From assembly GCF_963853765.1 (NCBI RefSeq), contig NC_088853.1:28892001-28956000 (forward strand): a stretch of DNA of 64,000 bases, written 5' to 3'. This DNA is from Magallana gigas. Taxonomy: Eukaryota. This document shows positions 36,836 to 50,257 of this stretch, one piece after another. Each line of letters starts with the position of its first letter. Positions within the stretch are counted from its first letter, which is position 1. A program made the position numbers and the translations under genes. A model generated the notes under the pieces. The model searched no databases, had not been told where the DNA came from, and saw only the letters and a list, made by a program, of their open reading frames with translations.

Positions 36836-36970
36836 ATACACCAACAAGTATCCATAATAAATTAAACTACTAATAAAGTTTTTAAAACAAGAGAATAGTT
36901 TGCATTAATATATGCATTGATAATTAGCACCTGCTTTATAAGGATAAGCATCTAATCATAGCAATTAACT

Positions 36971-37340
36971 TTACCCACCACTGTGCAGATATTTGAGGGT
37001 TGAAACAACCACAGCTCTGGTGTTATTAAAATACTTTCTGTGCCCTTGTTCGTTAAGGTGAACTCCATCATCAAGGTAGACATTAGACCGATTTGGGGGA
37101 TTCAGGAATCCTGAAAGACGAAAGACAGCTACACCCTCCACTTCTTTAATGTACTCTGAATTTCTTCTGTTAAGTTCATCAACCCTGCTGTTGAACCATG
37201 GTAGATCAACTTGGTATCGTGTGGTCTTTAACGGAGCAATTATGTGAAAAGTTTTTAAAATTACCACCGATTTTACAGATTCTCCATAGCGTAAATCGAG
37301 CACAAATTCAACTAGATGCTGTCATTAGACAGTAAAACCC
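36971..37340 (-). pseudogene. SGNH/GDSL hydrolase C-terminal half
   Basis: FNSRVDELN..VYLDDGVHLNEQGHRKYF (block V DGVHLN). Confidence 0.75.
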
Positions 37341-37379
37341 GCACCAAGTGTTTGCCCATAAATACATGTAAGACTGTTT

Positions 37380-37497
37380 AGTAAGAAATTCCAATGTTAG
37401 AAAGATATTGACTGGACATGATTGTACTGACAGATGGATGAATGGACAAAGTGATTCCTATATACCCCCTCAAATCCTGTTTGCAGAGGTATAATTA
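37380..37497 (+). mobile_element. HINE/pearl-like (Helentron-associated) 3' end
   Basis: Degenerate GACA-like microsatellite followed by the TATACCCCCTC...GAGGTATA stem-loop. Confidence 0.6.
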
Positions 37498-37744
37498 AAT
37501 CTAAAAAGCTGATTAAATTACCGATAATCATACAAAAATGACATTCACATGCAGTGCTCAATATGTAACATACTTGTATGTCTATTTCCTTCAGAATTCT
37601 AAAAAACTTGTCATCGGTTTCAAAGAATCTTTCACTAAAATCAAAACCAATTATTCTAATTATTATTTTGATATTAACAATGTGTTGCAGTATACTAATT
37701 TATGAAGAACAATATTTACTCTTTGACCTGATAGGGCATAGGGA

Positions 37745-40015
37745 CATGACATCCACATTTGAAAGGTTCGGCTGAAACGTCAATGCAGTGCTTGTGATAT
37801 TTTTGGCCACACGTAGAACATGTTATTTTGTCACCAAAATCTCCCTGACATAATCCATATATTTTGGCTCCACATTTCTCAAAAAAACTTCTGCCCTCTT
37901 CTAACAAGGAAACTATACACCAAAGGCAAAAATGCTTGTGTGTTCTTTCATTTTCATTTCAAGAAGCCAAACATTAGGAACAATGGATTTATTGTTCTCA
38001 TTTGGATGGACATGCTCTTTCTCCCCACTGTTTAAATACATAGTAATTGTTCGCTTTGCTAGTGTAGCTATAGCTTTCAAGTGCAGTTCACCTACAACAT
38101 TAAGCACGATAGAACATATCAGTATTGTTATTATACTTTAAAAAATCATGTACTTTAATATTTTGTTTTGAAAACGATCATATAATTTATAAAGTTGCTG
38201 CATAGTATGGGCATATTTATTTTAAATCAAGGATATCATAAGTTTCAATGTAGAAACATTCAAACAATCATACGTGCATCAGGAGAGCTTTTCGTTGACT
38301 TAGGGTCCATTTCAAGTCGAATTAAGTCTTCTCTACGCTGTAATATAAAGAATTTATATGCATACCTAAGTGAATAAACCCTTGCAATATTACTTTAATT
38401 TACAAATAAATAAAGACTCCTTGCTGATTTCAAATTAGTTATCTGTTTCCGCCAAGATTTGTTTTTATCTCAAAGTAACCAATTAAGCTATGTATCATTG
38501 CAATGTTGTGATGTTTTGATTTGTTTAATTAGTTTTACAAAAAAGTTATTGGATCCAAATACTTACTTGACAGTGATTTCATGGCATACTACTGCCAGTC
38601 TTAAAAACTGCACTTTTTTCACATCTCCCCATATTAGAATGCTAATGGATGCAAACAAACTTTCGCTAGGAGAAAACCCTGTTGTCAAGGGACATAACTT
38701 ATCTTTCTGTATGGAAGATGGTAGATGATCAATGTAGCTAAAAAAAAACAGTGAAAACAATTGATCTGGTAAATTGTATCATCTAAAGGAAGCTAAAGGC
38801 AATTAACATGTGTGGAGGATTTTTCCTCACATTTTTAAAAGTTGCAACCATCCATATTAAAAAGATCAACTAAATGTTCTAGGGATTTTATGAGTGAGGT
38901 AATACTGGTAATTAAGCACAATTAACTTAAAAGATAAAACACATTACTATTTATGAACTAAAAATAATGTTTGATTTATGAAATTCAAAATAATAATAAT
39001 AACATATTACCCATCACCAAAGTCACCGACAATGTTGAAGCCATAAAATCGAGTCTGTACATTATCAGGAAGTGGTGGAATGTTGGATTCTATTTTTCCT
39101 ACAGTTTCTGGAATTCTGTACCAGCCACAATGTCTCCTGGCATCCAACAATCCCTCACAGTCTCTCTCAGAAAATCTCTGTAAAAAGTGTAGTGATATAA
39201 TATGAAAATCTCATTTAAGTAAATTATAACATAATATAATTAGTACACGTACCTTGATACATTAAAAGACGCTTTGCTATTCTTACTCTGCTTACTCTCA
39301 ATTCTTCAGGAGAAATGTTCAAAAGGTTTTCCTTTTGAAAAGTGCCTTACACAAAACTAAAACAAATAATAACAATTTTAGATAAATACCAACAGCAATT
39401 TAAGGGACTTGTTACAACAAAATGCCAATTATAATTTCATTTTTTCAAAGGAATGCTTACAAGGAGAAAAAAACGCCACAGTTATGGCTATCCAGCTGTT
39501 TGCTGTGATCTACTGTATGCAGGGTCCAATTCCCATTCTGGATACTTGACGTGCTTGATTCTAAACCAGTTGCAAATCTTTGATTGAAGAAATAACTAAA
39601 ACATACCTGACAGAGTTAATTATCCAGAAAGGGCATGTTTAACATGGAATCAATTATCTACAGGGTTTATATACATTCTGATTATACTAAGTTGCATTAG
39701 TTTTTATCCCCCAATATGATTAACTAGTTTTTATCCCCCAAAATGATAAACAAGTATATAATGTATGTTTGTTCATATATAATGTACCTTCAGTTCTCAT
39801 GAATCATCGTCTTTTGTAAAAGGGTTTCACCAAGTGGATTGAAAAAATTTATTTGTCTTGCCTTGGGTTTAACTAACTGGAGGTAAATAAAAGAAAACAT
39901 GCCACAAACATAAATAATGTCATAATACTGAACTAAAAAAAATTACCTTGTCTTTATTATATGTTAAGTCTTTATAGCTGAAATTGTTAAACTATCAAAA
40001 ATAGTAAAACAAAAA

Positions 40016-40055
<40 letters not shown>

Positions 40056-40437
40056 GCGACCCATCCATCAAGCTCAAAACCTCAGTTGTCACAGTAGGAG
40101 GTTCTGGTGTCTGCCTTTTCATTTTAAGCTCCTTGTCAAAATCAAAATCAGGATCAACTTCATTGTCATCATTGCTACTTGAAATTTCTGGCTTTAGGTC
40201 TGAATCCTCCATCTCTGTGCTGTCAGCATGTTGTTGCCTCTCAGGCATCAAGTTCGAATCCTCTGTTGTCTTGATTATAGATTCTGTCTCCATGACAGGG
40301 CCCAACTCCTGGATAGACGATTCCGTCTCCATAACTTCTATTTCTATGCTGTCAGAAGTTTGATGTGTTTCAAGATATGGGATTAAATCCTGTGTTGCCA
40401 CTGTGGGAGACTGGGTGCCATTTGCAGTATGTTGCAA
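37745..40437 (-). pseudogene. Multi-exon acidic linker-Ulp1 protease-OTU-like-PHD-like gene
   Basis: Exons give LVKPKARQIN/FNPLGETLLQK (~39790-39875), NWTLHTVDHSKQLDSHNCGVF (~39460-39580), ENLLNISPEELRVSRVRIAKRLLMYQG (~39255-39345), LCPLTT..LFASISILIWGD..FLRLAVVCHE (~38565-38720) and CSTCGQKYHKHCI..FKCGC (~37745-37830). Confidence 0.65.
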
Positions 40438-40837
40438 TAAAGCAAAATCTACATCCTCTTTAAAACATTGTAATGTTTTAGGTTTCTTCTTAAATGCTCC
40501 TACAAAAAAATCATGAATGCAATTTTAAGACATTATGAAAAAGTTTACTTTATTAAATGTGATTTGGATCATGCTAAACACAAAATATGGTCAAAATATA
40601 CGGTGGATTTCGCTTTAAACCGATAGTCGATTTGTCTTTCAAAAATTATCACATTAACCAATAATAAGATTAAACAATTTAGCGTTCTGTGGTCTTGGAT
40701 TTTGATAGAGAATGAAAAATCAATCGTTATAAGGTTATTCATCAATGTACAGTAAAGAAAAAAACAGGTATTGTGTAACGCAATTTATATTCAGTTTAAT
40801 TATTTTCATATATCATTATTTTATTTCATATGTTTAT

Positions 40838-41083
40838 TTATATACCCGTTGCTCCCGAAGAGCAACCAATGAAAATGACCAAAGAGTCATTACACAGGTC
40901 CATCAGCGGAACCTTGTGTTTCTCGTCTGGATATGAAAAATACAAACTCACTATTTTTGCTTCATTTTTGTTAACATTAGCAACGACAAACAATCTAAAT
41001 TCAGATGACAATGAGGCACTTGAAGAATATTTGCTGTCAAATTCGTTCAAAATCTCTTTCACCCCTGCGAATGTTATTGTCAT
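40838..41083 (-). CDS. 81-aa ORF of unknown function
   Basis: ORF track only; no recognised motif. Confidence 0.2.
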   Translation of the reverse strand: MTITFAGVKEILNEFDSKYSSSASLSSEFRLFVVANVNKNEAKIVSLYFSYPDEKHKVPLMDLCNDSLVIFIGCSSGATGI

Positions 41084-41857
41084 TTAAATTCATATCACAT
41101 GGGTTTCGCTGACCCGTAACAAGTTCATAGGTCATAACAGACCCGGAGTAAAAAAGGCGGGAAAAAATCTATAGTATATTTCTATGTTTGAAGTACATTC
41201 TTTTCAGCGTATCCTTGGTCATCGTCTCAGACCATATTCCCGAAGTACGCAATCGGCATAGCCTCGCACCCGCTATTATTTATGGATTCAATGAAAAATA
41301 TTGCATATATGGTGAAACATATAGTATCGTTTTGTTGGGATAGGGGGGTGTTAAGCAGTAAATATGAATATAAGTTCATGTTAATAACCGTTTTTGAAAC
41401 ATTACAACTCTTAATGTAACCCACCATTAGACATATTTGTTGCAAGGACCTTATAGACGGTGTCATAAAATTCAATTTTTGCGGATGAGAAGGGGGGGGG
41501 GTCATCACCCACGGAATATTAAACATTAAATTTTATAGTAAATACCTATAAAGTAACCCTTTTGTAGTAAAGAATTTTTTGTGGCTCCATCATTTACAAA
41601 AGCTCCCAGCTGGAAGATTATAACTTAGAAATTTAGTTGAAACTTAAATTACCACAATTTCCCCACATTCAAAATGACATGCAAGTTCTATTGTTTTCAT
41701 TTTGTCTTCTTGTCCCAGGGTAATAAAACCTACGAGTAGACAAGCTTACTCTTCCAATTTATATTTCTTAAGTGATAGTAACCCCAAACCAAAAACGAGT
41801 TTGTCGAAGTTGAATAGCCTTAGAGCATGCATAGGCTTCGGCTTTAATGAAATGATA

Positions 41858-42088
41858 CTGTTGGATCATTAAAATTAGTGGGGGACAATTTTTGTGCATT
41901 GCTTAAATTTTACAGGTTTGTGGGTACGTAAGTATATTTTCATTTATTATGTTATACTTAAAAGGAAATATGACTTTATAACCTTTATTTATTAATTCAG
42001 GGAGAAAGTTAATTCATGGATGGAATGTACACAGCATCTCAACAAAAATTGAGCCACCACAAAATTTATTTATATAATGATTTCACAG
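41858..42088. mobile_element. MITE, same family as 13794-14008
   Basis: TA|CTGTTGGATCATTAAAATTAGTGGGGG ... GCCACCACAAAATTT..AATGATTTCACAG|TA. A partial third copy lies at ~51144-51195. Confidence 0.75.
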
Positions 42089-44665
42089 TATCCATTTCTT
42101 ATATCCCTTTCTGATTGTTCTCTCTTTCCCTCTGCCTTTCTTTCCCTTCCTCCTCCTCTCTTTAAAAAACAATGTTTCTTTCATAACTCATTATCTGGTA
42201 AAATTAATAAGATGTCAATCTTTTACATATACATGTATAATATTGATTTATAAGAAGATTCATCACATTTACATATAATCAAAACAATATATCCAACTGT
42301 ATTGTACATCAGTATTCATTAAAACAATAACATCACTATACACCACAGTTTGCAACATGTAATTCTAATAATTTTAACACACTTTCATATATTTCTAATA
42401 TGAACTATATCACAGCATATTGTAATTATTGTACATACATATGAGAATTCAAAGGTCCTTCAAAAGTTTATAGTTTGTTCCAGTCTTTCAAAAAAAAGAA
42501 ACTTTCTATCATAATATAAAAGATGTGAAAAAATTCTGATAACATAGCAATATAGATTTATATATTAAAATATTGATTAGTGCCAGCTAGTACATGTTAA
42601 GGTGCATTTAGAAAAGATTAGATTATTAGCATATCACCAGATGATTTTGGTTAAAAATTAATTTGTTCATTTCATTGCTTTATTTAGTCATTTAATCCCC
42701 CCCCCCCCAAAAAAAAGGAGGGGTATTCCGGTAACTAAAAATGCTATGGTGAAATATAAATATATACACACAATTAATTTTTGTATGTATCATAAGTCTT
42801 AAAAACAATAGTATACTACTTCATTTTAACTAATATTTAAGGTAATGATGAAAACAATTGTAGTCTTTTTATGCATTGAAAAGCATGGAAATGAATAATT
42901 CACCAATGATGCAAAGGTAAACTTGAAAATAGAGTCTCCATATGTAAATGATAGGTTTTTGAAACCAAAGCATATCAGACACAGTAAACAAAGATTGTAA
43001 GTGTCCTATGGTTATCAAAATTCATTTATCTTTTTATACATTGAGGTACATAATACACTCAACCTGTCTAGTTAAATCGCATTTGTGTTAACATGCTATA
43101 CTTATAATACAGCATAAAATTATTTGTGGTCATTGAAGTATGTACATGTACCAATTGTTGGACAGTTTAAAAAATATACACTCTAATACCTTGATTATCT
43201 TTTATCTTGATGTGGGTCTACTTAATGTATACCAAAAAATGTACACTTGATAATAACCCTATTTACTGACATTTCATATTTTCTACTGTATCTAATTCAA
43301 AATTTATCATGTGGAAATATACATATCAAACGCTTCACATCTTGATTGTACAAATATAAAATAATAATTATTCAACAATAGTAAATTATATTTAGTATTT
43401 AGTTTCATGTGATTTGTAAATCATATGATTCTAAAAACAAACAATGTAAGTTTAAATTGATATACTCAGTATTGGATTCAGCTTTAAAAAAGTGACTTTA
43501 AATGAGTGATTAAGGGAAGTGTATGGCTAACTCTGCTAAAGGTGAAATGCTGTTTAGTTGGCTTCCAGTGATGTGCTGCATATCAGCTTGTTAGTGTTGT
43601 TACATCAGATGGGTTATCCTGAAATACATAATTATAAATATTCAGATTAAATTAACATATCCATGTTGCACTTATTAAATAAATAATCTATTAACAGTCA
43701 ATGTATAAGGCTAAGCAAGGGAATATTTACTTATATAAATAATACATTTTATTACTGAAAGGTACTACATGTATAGCTATAGGTAAAAAATTCAAAAGCG
43801 TGATATAAATAGTGAAATGAAGACTTCTGAATCATAAAACAGAACATATGCTTTCCATTGTGATATAAGAAAGCAGAGAAGAATTATCAACAACAGCTGA
43901 TATAAAGGGGAAAAAAAATGAATATGATACAATGAGCCTATTGTTCATTAATTCATAATACTTCTTGTTTTTGTTTTTTTTTTTGTGGAAAAAAACAGGT
44001 TAGAAAAGACAAATATTACTTCAACCAGATTTTAAATGCGATTTAAATATTTTTTGCAATTCAGTTTACTAAATATATATGAAATAAATTTTCTACCCCA
44101 TGAGGACTGAGAGAGAGAGAGGAGTAGAGACATATCATTTTAAAAAAAGATATATATTAAATAATTTTGCAAATACTCTTGTTGAAATATGTCAAAAGTA
44201 CATAAAGTTATTAATTTAAAACTACCAAACAATAACACCGTATATAAATAATGTAAAATGACACTTTGGCATTAAAATTGTGCCAATAGAGTTAAAAGCA
44301 TTTGAAGTGCATTGATCAATATATATGCATGATATATTGACCATTATTATATTGTCCACATATTTTACTCATGCACCTAATTATAACATTACAATGTTAC
44401 ACGATTCAAACAAGGGCATGTGAAAATTAAAACACTGGTAAACACAATAACGGATGTAGAATTGGTTTGTTCTAAAATTTAACTAACTGTCTTTTTATAC
44501 ACGAGGAAACTTCCCTCAATCATTTTGACTGTCCTTTTTTTGAAAGATGGACACGATCATGACATAAATCAGACATTTTAAATTTGCTAGTTGAGCAAAA
44601 AAAATATTATGGCTATGTTCAAATGAAAAGTACAATTGCTTATTTAAAAAAAAAAAAATAATTTT

Positions 44666-45030
44666 TCAATTATCATTAGATTCTATAAACCTTGGATTAC
44701 TCCTAGGAAAAATTCCAACAACAGACGCTGAAAATGGACCTAAATTTTTTATATAATAAATGGTTTCCATTAAATGAAATAAAATTAATGAGGGATTAGT
44801 ATTTCTTTTAATGTCATTACCCCCAATTTGAACAAGAACATAATCGGGGGTAAATACATTAATATAATAGGGAGCGATTTCCCGCATATCCGTAATTGTT
44901 CCTCCTGGCTTTCCAACACTGAAAATTTCCCAGTGACTAGTAAAAAAACTTGCAAGAACTGATCTGTCTATCCGTGACACAAAACTATGTCCTATAATTA
45001 ATACTCTTGGGCTAAGAGGACCTACAAATT
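44666..45030 (-). pseudogene. SGNH/GDSL hydrolase N-terminal part
   Basis: PRVLIIGHSFVSR (block I), VGKPGG (block II), VLVQIGGNDI (block III). Confidence 0.8.
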
Positions 45031-45471
45031 TTTCATCTGAAATAATAAAATGTTGCTTGAATAATTCAGCATTGCATGAATGAATTTTTGGTTAGTAAAT
45101 TAATGTAACCTTAATTTATCTAAATAATATCACCTCTTTTTATTACCTCTCGATTTCTGTATAAGAAAGTTAACAATTTTGTTTATAGTGGCTGACTACA
45201 CCTTAAAAACGTTTCTCAAACCAGAATTACGTGATTATGATAAATATCATGATGGGTAAGAAGTATATATGTCAAACAGGTTAAAAAATAATTAATTTTG
45301 ATTAAAAAGATATATTTCTCAAAATTGTATTCAGTTAATGTAAACAAAAGCCTCAGCGAGGCTTTAACTGCTGAGCTATGGCCATATTTAACCTAATCGA
45401 TTGTTAAGAAAAGTTTTTAAAAAATTGAATTAACATCTTGTGATGTAGTGTCTTAAAAAGTACAAGTCTAG

Positions 45472-45741
45472 GTGTCATGACCTTGTCCCAAGGTCATTCG
45501 GGCAAGGTCACTGGCAGAAAAAATACAAAATTCGTGTCCGGTCAATATCTTTCTTATAGAGAATTATTGGAAGTTCTTACTTCACACAAATATTGCTTAT
45601 GACAAATTGGTGTGTCATGACCTTGACCCAAGGTCATTTGGTCAAGGTCACTGGCAGAAAAAGTGCAAAATTCATGTCCGGTCATTATCTTTCTTATGGA
45701 GAAGCATTGCATTTCTTACTTCACACAAATATTGCTTATGA
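45472..45741 (+). repeat. Two ~140-bp units of a Cg170-like oyster satellite in a Helitron-like remnant
   Basis: GTGTCATGACCTTG..CAAGGTCA..GAAGTTCTTACTTCACACAAATATTGCTTATGA at 45472 and 45612. A GCGGGGGGTATCC end follows at ~45857. Confidence 0.75.
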
Positions 45742-46251
45742 TCAACTGTTTTAAAAAAAATAGAGCAGTTGTTATTCATAGAAAATGGACGATGAACTAG
45801 ATTCATCCAATATTTTCCATAATTGGAAAATTACATGCATTATGATTTTTTTCTTAGCGGGGGGTATCCATTGCTCTACTTTTAGCGAGTTTTGCTAGCT
45901 GCTGCCAGAGGAAGAACGAAATTATGTCTTGCCAGATGTTGCCAGAGTCCAATGAGAGGATGTTGGGCGTCAGCATCTTGATAGTGGACAGAGTATTCGG
46001 GGAAACGGTGGTCTTGAGGAGTTTTGAGCTGAGCAAGATCATTATAACTTTATTTTAACAAAACATTATTCCGAATATAAAAGTCAATGTACGTGTATTT
46101 GACGATTGAATTTATATTGATATTGTATGTGAGTGAAGCTTAATTTTTTTTTTTGATTATTTATTTCATATGCATGTTTTATTGCAATAGGACCTCGGTG
46201 ACATGACAAATAAGAACAAAACACCACGCAAAGTAAAGGGATTTTGATGAG

Positions 46252-46791
46252 TTGAATCACGAAGCTCTATCCAAGATTGATTACTTAGATTTAACTATTC
46301 GACTCCCCGACATAATTTCAACCCAGAACAAAACAACGGAGAATGGCTTATGTGAAATAACCCAAGTCCTCAAGGACCGACATGAACTTTCAAAGAAACG
46401 TGAAAGCCTCATTCATGGAAACAGGACCGGAAGTTACCCATCTTGGTACGGTGTAAACACGAAATGTTTTCTAAACCTGCCAAACGAACAAGAGGACAAA
46501 CAATTTCGAGGCTTCTGGAAAGAACTCACCAACGCCATCCAGAAGCAAGCCTCGCAGAAAGTCATAAACCTCCTCTCAAACCAAAATAAGGAAAAAGAAA
46601 ACGAAGCAAACAAAATTAGAACGGAAACAATTAAGAAAATAGGATTTGCCACCCAGGAAAGCTCCTCTATCAGAAAACAGCTGGATAAGGATATGCTGCA
46701 GCTGCATGAGGAAAATACAAAGGAACTTGAGGAATTCCGTAGACATCTTGTCAAAAGACTGCTTGACTACTTTTTCAATATCACTGCTTAG
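46252..46791 (+). CDS. 179-aa helical/coiled-coil ORF, unknown, probably a TE ORF1 fragment
   Basis: Long open frame in AT-rich DNA with a non-ATG start; no recognised family. Confidence 0.3.
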   Translation: MNHEALSKIDYLDLTIRLPDIISTQNKTTENGLCEITQVLKDRHELSKKRESLIHGNRTGSYPSWYGVNTKCFLNLPNEQEDKQFRGFWKELTNAIQKQASQKVINLLSNQNKEKENEANKIRTETIKKIGFATQESSSIRKQLDKDMLQLHEENTKELEEFRRHLVKRLLDYFFNITA

Positions 46792-47010
46792 CAAAACTTT
46801 TTTGTCCAACCTATACAGTAAACCATCTCGAACACTAAATTGGTCCTTGTCCCTGTAAAATTGTAAAATTGCACGTCTTTGTTCAATAGTTCTATCTTTT
46901 ACTGGAACTCTGAAAGTGTCATTAGTAAGCTGAGACAGTGTGTCATATCTCTCCTTTGTCACAGGACGTATTGACCTTCGTTCCTTCATGTCGTACCTTA
47001 AAAAACCACA
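46770..47010 (-). pseudogene. Ginger/KRBA2-like integrase N-terminal region
   Basis: RYDTLSQL..FRVPVKDRTIEQRRAILQFYR..FSVRDGLLYRLDKKVL.SSDIEKVVKQSF. Confidence 0.4.
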
Positions 47011-47919
47011 ACAAATAAGATTATACACATACTTGTCATCAGATTCAGGATTCGTAAACCAAGATAAACTTTTCAAAACATCAATTAGAAACTTGTGACC
47101 AAGGGTATGGTAAATTCTTTTGATACACGAGAGAAAGTATTGCAATATTTTTGAACAATATTATTTATTTTTAAAATACAGTGATGCAAGAACTGTTATC
47201 CAGGTGAGCAATGTGGCTCATGGGCCTCTTTTCTGGAAAACGGCAATCGTCAGATGTATATATAATTTTAAAATCAATAATGTTAAAACCGTTTCTCACA
47301 CTTTTAAAGATTAAAAAAAAGAATTCTGATTATTGAAAGCTGATGTATACAATGTAAGGCATTATTTAGAACCCCCTTTCCCTCTCTCTCACTCTCTCTC
47401 ACTCTCTCTCTCTCTCTCTCTCAAATTCATATTTCTATCTCCAATTGGAGATCACATCCCACTACCAACCCACCACATGTTCGCTCTGTTTTTGGCTTTA
47501 TTCTTACTTCTTGATTTTCAGTCATGTTATTTCATAAACGTAGAATTATGTATTTTAAAATTTAATGTTGTGAAATGATGATAATTAATCTTACCAAGGT
47601 AATGCAAGAATGGCTATAAAGATCAGTAATACCTTCTGTATATTACCAGTCGGTTGCCTAATTTCAGATTAAACTGTAATCAGATTGTTTAATATCTCTT
47701 AGTTTCACAAATTTATGTAACGTCATTAAAATCTACAAAAACAAGAACTCTATACCTCGAATAAAAGAAAAATCATTAAAAATCTGAAATATTTTTTCCT
47801 TTCAGGAAAAATATAAAAAGCAGTGTTTTATGATACCTTAATCATTATTTAAGATAAAAAAGGGCATGCTATACTACGGAAGCCCATTTAGGACCTATCA
47901 AAAAATATTTTTGAATTTG

Positions 47920-48345
47920 ATATAACGAATTCTTGAATTTGTTAAAACGAATTTAAATCGTTATAACGAATTAAATGTGTTATAACAAATTTTATGAATT
48001 CGTTATAACGAATTTAATCTGTTATAACAAATTCGCTGAATTCGTTATTTCAAATTTTGAAATCTGTTTTAACAAATTAAATTTGAAATAACGAATTCTT
48101 GAATTCGTTATTTCAAAGATTGAATTCGTATTTTCGGTTTTTTTAAAAATCTGTTTTAACGTATTTTCATCCACTTTGTGATAACAAATTCCATAAATTG
48201 TGGGAACAAATTGAACAGTATCAAAATTTCAATGTTATAAATCCGTTATCACGAAGTGTCATCTGTGATAACAAATAAATAAATTTGATAAAACGAATTA
48301 TAAAATTGTTATATCAATTTGCAAACCGATATAACGAATTTAATT
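47920..48345. repeat. Array of short inverted motifs (TTATAACGAATT/AATTCGTTAT), MITE interior
   Basis: Many AACGAATT, AATTCGTT and ATAACAAAT copies in both orientations. Confidence 0.75.
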
Positions 48346-50179
48346 ATTTATGCGATCGCCATGTGATGAGTGAGGCTGACTTTAGGAAGCAATTACACAA
48401 AAAGGTAAGTCACGAGTGTAGTTTAACATTAATTTTAGTTATATATTGATCAATATTCATATGTGGTTTATCTTGAATTGTCAAGAAACGTCATTAAAAC
48501 TCACAATGGATGAAAAAAAATGTATTTGTTTTTGAATACAGGGTGTCCCAAAATATCGGAAACCTGTCTTTTTTCTGAGGGATGCATGACGGCAGTTTAA
48601 ACACATATTTTAATTGCCAAGAACTGCAGAGTAACTTAAGTTATCTGTCAAGCATCTGTACTTTTCCGCTTATAATTTTAAGAAGTTAAATAAAAAATAA
48701 ATAGGATCATTGCTAGAAAACGCACTGAAAACAAATCAGTAGCTTTAGCTTCCAAAAAAAGGAATGTTTACATATTTTATATATGGTCTTAAAATCTATT
48801 ATTATTTAAACTTTCAAGGATTCATGTATATATACAGTTAAAATTATGTTTTCCTCTCGCGTTCTGTGTGAACTTAGTTCATGGATGGTTTCCGGTTAAT
48901 AAAATACACAAGGCATTTTTTTGGCCGCACTATGTGAGGTCACTTGTTTTCCAGAAACAATTCAAATTGTTATTTTAATCTACTTATAGTCAACTCAAAT
49001 TGTTATAAATTGAATACTTACCTTGAATTACTGAAGTAAGACAAAATTTGTCTATTCTAAAAGTTAAGCAAAATAATATTACAATATGATAAGATTTCAC
49101 TAATCGAAGACTTGATGGCTTTTTAAGTGTAAACCAAATGTCAAGTTAAGACATATCTGGGGGGTCGTATATCACTCAAAATGTTACACAATCAGTTAAT
49201 CGGCGGATTTTGTATACACTGACATACTGAAATATTGTCAAATAATATTACCATATTATACATTGTATATATATCATCATTTATAAACAAAAGCAGGTAC
49301 ATGTACTCTTTGTCTAAAACTTTTGTAGGGCGATAAGTTTATATCGAAAATAAAAATTTAGGGTATCATGTGCATGAAAGAAAACGACAGAAGTTCCCAT
49401 TACTTGAGTACAAACATGATAATTGAATGATTAAACTGAATATAAATACTGTATTGATTAACTTAGATTACATCAGAAAAATATTATAAGATGTATACAT
49501 AACTAAGTGAATGATTTCTGTTTGTTTTACAAATTGCAGCTGTTAACAATAAGTAAGCAGACGTCACATATATGAAACAATATGATCTACCGATAATCGC
49601 GACATCATAGCAACATGCCTTGTTTTAAAGAAATTAAAAGTCAAAATATTTCATAGGTAGAAACAACTTCATTATTACATTTACATTTTTCAAACTACTC
49701 GTTTTTATTGTATATCATCGCCCTACAAATTTAAGTTTATAACAATTTTTAAAAACATAATATAGCGGTGCCTTTTTAACCAGCTCTTATTTTGATACGA
49801 GCGTCAAGAAAATACTAAGACTTGGTAAAGTTGTCTTTCTTAGAAATGGATTAAAAAAATATATTGTACGAGATAAATGAAAATGTTTTTGTAAGTTTGC
49901 TGTACCATAAATTATATTTCATGAATGTATCTTATCTTGTCCTAATTTTGTTTTTAAAATATAGGGAAAAATACTTTTAATTAGTATAGTAAAGTGTAAA
50001 AACTATCAATTGATAGAAATTTTTGCTGTTAAGTTTTGCATTTCATAAGCGTATGCTTAAATGTGTAGATAAGGTAGAGTGACGGTACTTTAAGAAAATT
50101 GTCTCAGAAAACTCAGTGTAGTAAAATCTGCAAAATAATGAAAACATCTTGTTTAAATTGATGACAATTTTTTCCACAG

Positions 50180-50257
50180 ATGGACGAATTACTAGAAGAC
50201 TTCGTAGAGGAAAGGGGTATTCCAGCAGCAAAAATAGAAGAGATGAAGGATCAAAAG
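50180..50257 (+). pseudogene. Isolated first coding exon (MDELLEDFVEERGIPAAKIEEMKDQK), SAM-like N-terminus of transposon accessory proteins
   Basis: ccacag|ATG ... AAG|gttgg, 26 codons. Confidence 0.4.

Noticed and set aside
36971-45030. The two SGNH pieces as halves of one gene split by an insertion
   Set aside because: They overlap in domain coordinates (both cover the region after block III) with different sequences, so they are separate genes.
48539-48553. TA|CAGGGTGTCCCAAAA Tc1-like TIR
   Set aside because: No partner TIR or transposase was seen in the window, so boundaries cannot be supported.
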